Below the pieces are notes generated by a model, which worked only from the letters and a program-made list of their open reading frames with translations, was not told the origin of the DNA and did not search any database. This document shows, in pieces, positions 8,577 to 15,757 of a stretch of DNA of 55,613 bases. How positions within the stretch are numbered: the stretch's first letter is position 1; every line of letters starts with the position of its first letter. The DNA comes from a virus. Its lineage: Duplodnaviria; Caudoviricetes. The stretch lies in IMG/VR virus record IMGVR_UViG_3300042938_000869, positions 1 to 55,613 of that record. One strand, given 5' to 3'. The translations under genes and the position numbers were made by a program.

Positions 8577-9325
8577 CCCAATCCAGTACCGATAGCTCAC
8601 TGGTGGAGAGACTTCGAAAGGGGACTGCCTACTTTTGGCCAGACACCAGCATCACCGACTTTTCGTCACTCATGTCCGAAGCCGCCTCGCGCATCTCCAC
8701 CCTTGAGCGTGAACTGGAGGAGGCGAGGGCGGAACCACCCGTGACTGATATCAAGGAGCTTGCGGCTCGGATGCAGCAGACGCTTGACCACGCGCAGGCC
8801 ACAGGCCCAAACCCGACTTCGCAGCGGGCGCTTGAGTATCGCCTAGCTCAAGCTATCAATGCCCTCGCCTCCACTCCCTCCCCCGCACCAGCGGAAAGCG
8901 GGGCGGTGGCGTGGTACTGGTGGCACAATCCGCTTGATCAGGCGCCGAGTTGGTGGTGGGGCGAGAAACGCCCAGATCACGCCCCCGCACGCGCAAAGCC
9001 CCTCTACGACCACCCAGCCCCATCTGCTTCTATGGGGAGGGTGACGGTCAAGGCGTTGGAGTGGGAGGCTTACGGGGGCAGGTGGCGCGCTTCCTCGCCC
9101 GGCATCACGGTTCTGAAGTACATCGTCAACCCTGACAAGGCGGGGGGCTTCTATGTGTCGGTCAACGGTCAACCCCTAACCAGCAAGTACGCCACGACTG
9201 ATGCCGCGAAGGCAGCAGCCCAATCCCATTTTGCCGCCGCTATTTTTGCCGCCCTTGACTCCCCTCCCATCAAAGCGGGGGAGGCTGTGCCAGCCCGCTC
9301 CGCCGACCGGGAGGGCGGGGAATGA
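8573..9325 (+). CDS. Mosaic hypothetical early protein
   Basis: Typical phage patchwork segments (LVERLR, AVAW, KPLY, VKALEW, AKAAAQ). Confidence 0.7.
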   Translation: MTQSSTDSSLVERLRKGTAYFWPDTSITDFSSLMSEAASRISTLERELEEARAEPPVTDIKELAARMQQTLDHAQATGPNPTSQRALEYRLAQAINALASTPSPAPAESGAVAWYWWHNPLDQAPSWWWGEKRPDHAPARAKPLYDHPAPSASMGRVTVKALEWEAYGGRWRASSPGITVLKYIVNPDKAGGFYVSVNGQPLTSKYATTDAAKAAAQSHFAAAIFAALDSPPIKAGEAVPARSADREGGE

Positions 9326-9579
9326 ACGGTCGTCGAGAAGGCAAACCTCTCAAGCCCAACACCACCTACGATCCGCTGCTCCGGCAGATCTTCACCGAGC
9401 AGGAGCGGCTCAACGTTTCGTCGAGGCTGCTGGCCAACATATCGGGGGTTCCGGCGAGCACCATCGAGGATCTACGACACCCCTCGCTCGACAAGGGCAA
9501 GCGCGTGCCTCTGCACCAAGTCCGCCGACTTGCTGAAGCACTGGATTTCGAATTTCCCGACCGCATGCGAAAGCGTTGA
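9322..9579 (+). CDS. XRE-like HTH protein
   Basis: VSSRLLANISGVPASTIEDL...LHQVRRLAEALD. Confidence 0.7.
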   Translation: MNGRREGKPLKPNTTYDPLLRQIFTEQERLNVSSRLLANISGVPASTIEDLRHPSLDKGKRVPLHQVRRLAEALDFEFPDRMRKR

Positions 9580-9582
9580 CCA

Positions 9583-9846
9583 ATGACAGCCCTCGACCGC
9601 TTTCGCCCCCATCAGGCCCATCAAGGATCCATTGAGATGAACGACATGCCCACCAAGAGCGCCATGGATGTGGTCGACCTGCTTGTGAGGGCGTGGCCAT
9701 CCGCCCCCAACCGCACGGTCACCGTCGAGGAGGCTGAGTTGCTCAACGTTACGCTGGTCAGCCTGCTAGACACGATCCGTACGGCGGGGGTCGAGATGCC
9801 CTCGGTCAGCGTCAAGGTCGGGTCTAATTGGGTGCATTTTGGCTGA
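9583..9846 (+). CDS. Hypothetical protein
   Basis: ORF track; the start may be the internal ATG (MNDMPT). Confidence 0.55.
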   Translation: MTALDRFRPHQAHQGSIEMNDMPTKSAMDVVDLLVRAWPSAPNRTVTVEEAELLNVTLVSLLDTIRTAGVEMPSVSVKVGSNWVHFG

Positions 9847-10522
9847 CCGGTTCTTTGAGATAAACAAGGACGGCGCCCCGCACATCGCCTGCTCTGCGTG
9901 TAGTGCCGTGGAGCAGGCCGGGAGAGCCTCTAGGCATGGCAAGAACCTGCCGCCTGAAGCCATCACCAAGTTCCTCCGCAACAAGGGCTGGACCGTCGGC
10001 AGCACGCCCCGCAAGGATCTCTGCCCGGCCTGTGCCGCAACCACCCGCAAGACCGCAATGAAGGAGACGTCCGTGCCTCATGACACCAAGGTTGTCGAGA
10101 TCAAGCCGAAGCTCAACGGCATCAGCGAACTGCCGCCCCGCGAAATGACCCGCGAGGATCGGCGCATCGTCTTTGCCAAGATCGAGGAAGTGTACCTCGA
10201 TGAGACCACCGGCTACATCAAGGACTGGAACGACGAACGCGTGGCCAAGGATCTCAACTGCCCTCGAAAGTGGGTCGAGACCATCCGCGATGAGAATTTT
10301 GGACCGGCGCACGCCGCCCTCAACCCGCAGGTGCTGGTCCTGCTCGATGAGATCGACGGCGCCGTAATTATGGTCAACAAAATCGCCACGGACACAGCGG
10401 AATTCAACAAAAAAGTTAACGACATGGTAACCGAAGCAGCCACCCTCAACACGCGTGCCAGCACTATCCTTACGCAGGTCCAGACCCTGCGGGCCGAGTT
10501 GAAGAAGATCACGGGGCGCTAA
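9839..10522 (+). CDS. Hypothetical protein (Zn finger, HTH-like region, coiled coil)
   Basis: CSAC...GW......DLCPAC; MTREDRRIVFAKIEEVY...WNDERVAKDL..PRKWV..IR.ENFGP. Confidence 0.75.
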   Translation: MADRFFEINKDGAPHIACSACSAVEQAGRASRHGKNLPPEAITKFLRNKGWTVGSTPRKDLCPACAATTRKTAMKETSVPHDTKVVEIKPKLNGISELPPREMTREDRRIVFAKIEEVYLDETTGYIKDWNDERVAKDLNCPRKWVETIRDENFGPAHAALNPQVLVLLDEIDGAVIMVNKIATDTAEFNKKVNDMVTEAATLNTRASTILTQVQTLRAELKKITGR

Positions 10523-10523
10523 A

Positions 10524-10607
10524 ATGATGGCTGAACGCAACGCAATCTGGGCTCTCCTCGCCGCTCTGGGTACGGTTTTGCTCGCCTACTTACTCGTTAG
10601 TCTCTAG
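10524..10607 (+). CDS. Small membrane peptide (27 aa)
   Basis: MMAERNAIWALLAALGTVLLAYLLVSL; starts directly after the upstream stop. Confidence 0.45.
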   Translation: MMAERNAIWALLAALGTVLLAYLLVSL

Positions 10608-10639
10608 GCTAAACCTCGAAACTTCTAGAAAAGAAAAAC

Positions 10640-10873
10640 ATGACATCTAACATACGCGTCGTTGAGTACACAGAACCCGGCATGGCTCCCTGCTCTCTTG
10701 TTATGAGGCCGATCCCCGCGCTCCGCCTCTCGCGCAAGCTGTGGCAGCTGAAGATCCCCTGCAGCGTCTCTGACATGGACGGGATGCAGCTGGCCACGGC
10801 AAAGGAGATCGACGCTCTGATGCGGAAAATCCAATCCCGATACGGCGACAAGGCGAAGGCGCAGGACGAATGA
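10640..10873 (+). CDS. Hypothetical protein
   Basis: ORF track; ATGA coupling to the next gene. Confidence 0.55.
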   Translation: MTSNIRVVEYTEPGMAPCSLVMRPIPALRLSRKLWQLKIPCSVSDMDGMQLATAKEIDALMRKIQSRYGDKAKAQDE

Positions 10874-11121
10874 GCAAGTCTCCCAAGACAACCATGAGCG
10901 CAGACGACTTCAGGGCGTGGGCGCTGGCTATGGTCGAAAAGGGCATCGTGCAGAGGGAGGCAGACCTCCCCGCCCTGCTTGGGATCACCCGGCAGGGGTT
11001 CTGGCTGATGAAGAAGCGTGGCGCCGACTGCAGGACGGATCTCGCCTGCGGGGCCCTCATCATGAAGCGAAAACCATGGTCCAAAACAGCGTCTACGGGC
11101 ACGGGTTCGACGTCGACCTGA
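10870..11121 (+). CDS. Putative HTH DNA-binding protein
   Basis: MSADDFRAW...LPALLGITRQGFWLMKKRG...TDLAC.AL. Confidence 0.6.
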   Translation: MSKSPKTTMSADDFRAWALAMVEKGIVQREADLPALLGITRQGFWLMKKRGADCRTDLACGALIMKRKPWSKTASTGTGSTST

Positions 11122-11165
11122 GAGCTTTTTGATGGCCCGAAAACGAGCTATTCGACCTAAAAATC

Positions 11166-11188
11166 AGGGGCCATTTGGCCCCTTTTTT
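11166..11188 (+). terminator. Rho-independent terminator
   Basis: AGGGGCCA-TT-TGGCCCCT followed by a T-run; closes the early arm. Confidence 0.75.
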
Positions 11189-11212
11189 ACGTTTTTCGGG
11201 CACTGACCTCGG

Positions 11213-11456
11213 GATCGATGTTAGCAGAGGGTCGGAGGGGCAAAAGTGCCAATGTTAGTGCTAACATCGATCAAAGTTTACGGGGGGTCTGCTAACACCG
11301 CTGGAAGGCCTAAACCCTTGTAAAATAAGGTATATATATATGATGATATATCATTGTTATCAATGTTTACTCTATCTCTATGTCTTCAAATAAAAGGGTT
11401 TTAATAGGGGCCTTAGAAGAGAGGGGCTAACATCGCTAACATTGCTAACATCGATC
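11213..11456. repeat. Iteron-like repeat array with AT-rich core (putative replication origin)
   Basis: GATCGATGTTAGCA (11213-11226) is inverted relative to TGCTAACATCGATC (11259-11272 and 11443-11456). Three tandem GCTAACATY at 11426-11452. TATATATATA core near 11331-11350. Confidence 0.7.
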
Positions 11457-11548
11457 TCGCCAAAAAGGGGGTGGTGCAGGGCACGGCGAGAGGGGGGTGC
11501 ATTGGGTGACCCGGCGCGCTATATTCGGGGCAACAAAGGAGGCCGATT

Positions 11549-12064
11549 ATGACCCCACGGAAGAAGCCGGAAGATCGCCTGCCGCTCGGTCGACCGTCGG
11601 ACTACAGGCCCGAGTTTTGCGAGACGGCCATTGCAATGGGCCAGAATGGCGCGTCAAAGGTCGACATCGCCGATGCGCTCGACACCACTGTAAAAACTAT
11701 TTACAATTGGATGGCGCAGTATCCAGATTTTCTACGCGCTATGGAACGTGCCGAGCAGAAAGCTGAGGTCTGGTGGGCAGAGCAGGGCAAGAAAGCTTTG
11801 TGGACGCCGGGCTTCAATTCGTCGGTTTGGTCCCGCTCGATGGCTGCCCGTTTTCCGAGGTCGTGGCGCGAGAACAAAAACGTGGAACTCAGCGGCAAGG
11901 ATGGCGCGCCTATCGAGATGGACGTCACCACGACGCTGAACATCGACCAGCTGTCGACGCGTGCGCTGGAGGCCCTCGAGGAGGCGCTGGAGATCATCGC
12001 TGCGGGCGATGAGATCGACGAGGTGGAGGAAGACGACGATGATGAGGGGGGTAGCCTGCAGTGA
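11549..12064 (+). CDS. terS: Terminase small subunit
   Basis: GRPSDYRPEFCE, HTH (IADALDTTVKTIYNW...PDF), WW...G, VELSGKDGAPI; upstream of TerL. Confidence 0.8.
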   Translation: MTPRKKPEDRLPLGRPSDYRPEFCETAIAMGQNGASKVDIADALDTTVKTIYNWMAQYPDFLRAMERAEQKAEVWWAEQGKKALWTPGFNSSVWSRSMAARFPRSWRENKNVELSGKDGAPIEMDVTTTLNIDQLSTRALEALEEALEIIAAGDEIDEVEEDDDDEGGSLQ

Positions 12065-12501
12065 GGCCGACGTACGAAACTGAGCAGGATAGGGCCCGCG
12101 AGGCGCGGGTGGGTCAGTACCTGTCGGACCAGTGGGCGTGTCAGGTCTTCAAGCTGAAGCCGTACTACGGGGTGGACTACGCGGTCTTCACCGAGGGCAG
12201 GATGCGGGGCGTGATGGAGATCAAGTGCCGCACCTACACCAGCCAGCAGCTGGATGGCATGGGCGGGCTAATCCTGAGCGCTCACAAGTGGGCGAACGCG
12301 GCGCAGTGGCATAGCGTCCACAAGATGGCGTTTGTGCTGGCGCTCGATTTGCCCGATGGGTTGTTCACGCTGACCGTTACGCCGGACGACGCTTGGCCCG
12401 TGTATCCTCTGATTTTGGGAGGACGCACTGATCGAGGGGATGAGCACGACGTTGAGCCATGCTGCCTGATTCCGATGTCAGGGTTCGTCCTGCAGGCCTA
12501 G
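12061..12501 (+). CDS. PD-(D/E)xK-like nuclease
   Basis: VDY.....VMEIKCR motif; GGRTDRGD..DVEP. Confidence 0.6.
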   Translation: MRPTYETEQDRAREARVGQYLSDQWACQVFKLKPYYGVDYAVFTEGRMRGVMEIKCRTYTSQQLDGMGGLILSAHKWANAAQWHSVHKMAFVLALDLPDGLFTLTVTPDDAWPVYPLILGGRTDRGDEHDVEPCCLIPMSGFVLQA

Positions 12502-12705
12502 CAGGCTGGTGTTGTACGCCGCGAGGCCGAGCTTGATCAGGCGCCGCACGGCGTCGGTGCGCTTGAGCCCCACCTGAGCAGCGTACTGGTCGATGGCATC
12601 GCCCAATCCGGGGCGCACCATGACGTTGACCTGCACGCCGATACCGATTGCGGGGCGGCCCGGGCGGCCTCGTTTTTTTCTCGAATTATTCGCTTGCGTT
12701 GTCAT
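12478..12705 (-). CDS. Ribbon-helix-helix (Arc/CopG-like) DNA-binding protein
   Basis: KKRGRPGRPA..GVQVNVMV...AIDQYA....RTDAVRRLIKLGL. Confidence 0.75.
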   Translation of the reverse strand: MTTQANNSRKKRGRPGRPAIGIGVQVNVMVRPGLGDAIDQYAAQVGLKRTDAVRRLIKLGLAAYNTSLLGLQDEP

Positions 12706-12722
12706 GAGCTATCCTCTAGAAC
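12694..12722 (+). promoter_or_regulatory. Putative promoter overlapping the RHH gene start
   Basis: TTGCGT-N17-TAGAAC. Confidence 0.45.
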
Positions 12723-12769
12723 AAACCCATAGGCGCAATCAAGTGCCCCAACGCGAATAGGATGCCATC

Positions 12770-13084
12770 ATGACCAACCAGTTCCACAACCACTCGCTCG
12801 CCCAGCTTGCCGACCTCTACGGCGACATCGACGTGCAGATCAAGGCGCTGACCGAGGCCAAGGCTGCCGTGCGTGCCGAGTTCGAGGCCCGCAACGCCGA
12901 CGCTGACCGCATCGACGGCGAGACCTTCTACGTGAATTTCGCCCTGCGCGAGACCAAGACGCTCGACAAGAAGGCCGTTGAGGCCGAGCTTGGCGCCGAC
13001 TGGATCGCTGCTAACAGCAAGTCTACCGCGTCGGTCGTGCTGACCGTCAACGTCATCAAGGCGGCCCTCGCAAAGCGGGCCTAA
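12770..13084 (+). CDS. Hypothetical protein, paralogue of 54062-54355
   Basis: Shared F.N.S...LADL.G......KA...EF..R...G...E...LD.K.V...LG pattern. Confidence 0.75.
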   Translation: MTNQFHNHSLAQLADLYGDIDVQIKALTEAKAAVRAEFEARNADADRIDGETFYVNFALRETKTLDKKAVEAELGADWIAANSKSTASVVLTVNVIKAALAKRA

Positions 13085-13090
13085 CCTGCG

Positions 13091-13347
13091 AGCGCCCGGT
13101 GTTGGAGAGCCCGGGCGCTTTTCCATTAGGTCGGACCCTCCCTCTCGACCTAATGCGCGTCCGGTGACCACGTTCTGCGTACACCGGACGCGCTCCCAGT
13201 ATTTCGTGCTCCCCGCCTGCTGGGGGTCATGGTGTCGGCGTGCGTTGGACCATCCTGCGTGTGCCGGTTTGCAGCAGGGCTGTTAGACGGTGAGTGAGCC
13301 ATAACCCCGTCAGCCGGTGGGCGCGTCTCCTGCGCGCCGCGACCGGC
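13091..13347 (+). ncRNA. Candidate structured RNA: back-to-back hairpin array
   Basis: About 8 adjacent stems in a 260-nt gap, several with C/U-rich loops. G-U pairs favour the + strand. The first stem is terminator-like. Confidence 0.55.
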
Positions 13348-13372
13348 ACTTCACCCCATAACGGAGATCATC

Positions 13373-13744
13373 ATGACCGACAGCACAATGGTGGAGCGCG
13401 TAGCGAAGGCGATTGGCGATGAATGCTATGGCTGGGTTGACGCGAGAGAAACGCCGAAAACATGGGCCATCTCGGTGGACGCCGCCCGCGCCGCTATCGA
13501 AGCCATCGCCGTCCCACCAACACCCCATATCAGGAGAACGGAAAGCATGATCACCGACGACTACGTCGACAAGCTGTACGCTGAGATTTACAAAAAGGAC
13601 GTTGAGATCGCCCGCCTCAATGCCGAGGTTTCTCGGCTGATCGGGCTTCTGGAGATGAGCGGGAGGCTGATGAAGCTGATGGAGACGCGGGGTCGGTTTG
13701 ACGCTAAGACGGAACCGAAAACAATGGAGAGTTCTCATGCCTGA
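13373..13744 (+). CDS. Hypothetical protein
   Basis: GGAGA RBS; MVERVAKAI...ARAAIEA motif followed by a coiled coil. Confidence 0.65.
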   Translation: MTDSTMVERVAKAIGDECYGWVDARETPKTWAISVDAARAAIEAIAVPPTPHIRRTESMITDDYVDKLYAEIYKKDVEIARLNAEVSRLIGLLEMSGRLMKLMETRGRFDAKTEPKTMESSHA

Positions 13745-13970
13745 TGTAGCGGATTACATCGAGCGCGTTCACGATCAGATCGATATGATGCGGATTACCG
13801 CCAAGCTGATGCAGTCGGCGGAGGAGGGCGAAAGGTTCGAGTTGGGGTCTCACGGCCCGGTCCTGCTCGTCACCTTCGCGGGCATGATGAACAGCATGGC
13901 CAACAGCATTCAGGAAAACCTGAAGGATCTCGATCTCGCCATCTCGATCTTTGGGCATCACAAAACGTGA
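13737..13970 (+). CDS. Hypothetical protein
   Basis: GGAG RBS before ATG 13737; GTGA overlap with terL. Confidence 0.65.
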   Translation: MPDVADYIERVHDQIDMMRITAKLMQSAEEGERFELGSHGPVLLVTFAGMMNSMANSIQENLKDLDLAISIFGHHKT

Positions 13971-15628
13971 AGCTGGTTCGCCACCCGGCCATCGCCAAGC
14001 TCACAGGAAGCTCTGCCCCGATTGACGTCGAGGCGGAGCTTGATCGTATCCGCAAGCGCAAGTGCGAACTGTCCCTGTCCGCGTTCGTGAAGCAGTCGTG
14101 GTCGATCATCGAGCCCGGGCAGGCATACGTCCACGGGTGGCACATCGACTTCATCTGCTCGCATCTGGAGGCCATCACAAACGGGCACATGCTCGAGGAT
14201 GGGACGCCGTATAACCGGCTTCTGGTTAACGTTCCGCCCGGGACTATGAAATCGTTGCTCATTGGCGTGTTCTGGCCTGCGTGGGAGTGGGGGCCCCGAA
14301 ACATGCCTCACCTGCGCTATGTGTGCGCCTCACACTCTCAGGAGCTGGCCGTGCGTGACGGGCTCCGCATGCGGAGGCTGGTCCAGTCCGAGTGGTACCA
14401 AAAGCACTGGGGCGACCGGGTGAAGTTGACCGGCGACCAGAACCAGAAGACCAAGTTCGAGAACATGGCCACGGGGTTCCGTCAGGCTGCAGCCGCCGGG
14501 TCGATCACGGGATCTCGAGGTGACCGTGTGATCATCGACGACCCGCTGTCAGTGGATGACGCCGCGTCGGAGGCGGTGCGTACCAGCACCAACACGTGGT
14601 TTCTGGAGGCCGTGCCGACCCGCCTGAACAACCCCAAGTCGTCGGCCATTGTCGTGGTGATGCAGCGCCTGCACGAGGAGGACGTGTCGGGCGTGATCCT
14701 CGAGAAGGATCTGGGATACGATCACATCATGCTGCCCATGCGGTACGACCCGAGCCGCTCCATGCCGACTGTGCTGGGTTACGCCGACCCCCGGGAAATG
14801 GATGGGGAGCTTCTGTTTCCGCAGCGGTTCCCCGTCGAGGTGGTCGACCGCGACGAAAAGGCGATGGGCCCATATGCGACCGCCGGGCAGTTCCAGCAGA
14901 CGCCAGAGCCTCGAGGCGGCGGCATCATCAAGCGGGAGTGGTGGCAGCTGTGGGATCACGACGTGTACCCCGCCATGGACTATGTCGTGGCCAGCCTCGA
15001 CACCGCCTACACCGAGAAGACCGAGAACGACATGTCGGCCCTGACCGTGTGGGGGATATTCTCGTCCGACACGGTGGCCACGCCAACCAAGGTGGTGTCC
15101 CGCAACGGCACGCTGTACGAGATGGCGATCAATGAGGGGCGCTCCTACGCGGAGCAGCACGCGAAGCTGGTCATGATCTCCGCATGGGCTGACAGGCTCC
15201 CCCTGCACGAATTGGTCAACAAGGTTGCCCTAACGTGCAAGCGTATGCGTGTGGATCTGCTGCTGGTCGAGGGCAAGGCGTCGGGTATTTCGGTGGCTCA
15301 GGAGCTTCGGCGCCTTTACGGGGGCGAAGATTTCGGGGTGCAGCTGATCAACCCCGGGGCTCAGGACAAGATGGCCCGCCTGTATTCGGTTCAGCACCTG
15401 TTCGCGGAGGGGATGATCTACGCCCCCGACAGGGCGTGGGCCGATCAGGTGATCACACAGTGCGCGCAGTTCCCCCGCGCCAAGCACGACGACCTCGTCG
15501 ATACCGTATCTCAGGCGCTGCGCCACATGCGGACCAACGGCCTGCTGACCAGATCCGCTGAGCATTTGCAGCAGATCGAGGAAAGCTCCCGCGCGAAGCC
15601 CGCAATCAAACCCCTTTACGATGTTTGA
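13967..15628 (+). CDS. terL: Terminase large subunit
   Basis: RLLVNVPPGTMKS (Walker A), VIIDDP (Walker B), VVMQRLH, SLDTAY, VEGKASG, FP.AKHDDLVD. Confidence 0.96.
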   Translation: MKLVRHPAIAKLTGSSAPIDVEAELDRIRKRKCELSLSAFVKQSWSIIEPGQAYVHGWHIDFICSHLEAITNGHMLEDGTPYNRLLVNVPPGTMKSLLIGVFWPAWEWGPRNMPHLRYVCASHSQELAVRDGLRMRRLVQSEWYQKHWGDRVKLTGDQNQKTKFENMATGFRQAAAAGSITGSRGDRVIIDDPLSVDDAASEAVRTSTNTWFLEAVPTRLNNPKSSAIVVVMQRLHEEDVSGVILEKDLGYDHIMLPMRYDPSRSMPTVLGYADPREMDGELLFPQRFPVEVVDRDEKAMGPYATAGQFQQTPEPRGGGIIKREWWQLWDHDVYPAMDYVVASLDTAYTEKTENDMSALTVWGIFSSDTVATPTKVVSRNGTLYEMAINEGRSYAEQHAKLVMISAWADRLPLHELVNKVALTCKRMRVDLLLVEGKASGISVAQELRRLYGGEDFGVQLINPGAQDKMARLYSVQHLFAEGMIYAPDRAWADQVITQCAQFPRAKHDDLVDTVSQALRHMRTNGLLTRSAEHLQQIEESSRAKPAIKPLYDV

Positions 15629-15677
15629 CGGTTTGGATATGAAATGGGGGTTGTTTGATCTCCTCCTTTGAAGCACT

Positions 15678-15706
15678 AGGCGCGCCCTAACCGGTGCGCC
15701 TTTTTT
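15678..15706 (+). terminator. Rho-independent terminator
   Basis: AGGCGCGCC-CTAACC-GGTGCGCCT followed by a T-run. Confidence 0.7.
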
Positions 15707-15757
15707 CTTTCGGCACCACGTGCTACCGTTGTCCAAATTTCAGTCGGGAATGCAAAC

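Noticed and set aside
11213-11456. Repeats as a mini-CRISPR array
   Set aside because: The units are 9-14 bp, occur in both orientations and are irregularly spaced.
13091-13347. tRNA gene(s) in the structured gap
   Set aside because: No cloverleaf with a T-loop GTTC(G/A)A and an acceptor stem was found. The stems are serial, not nested.
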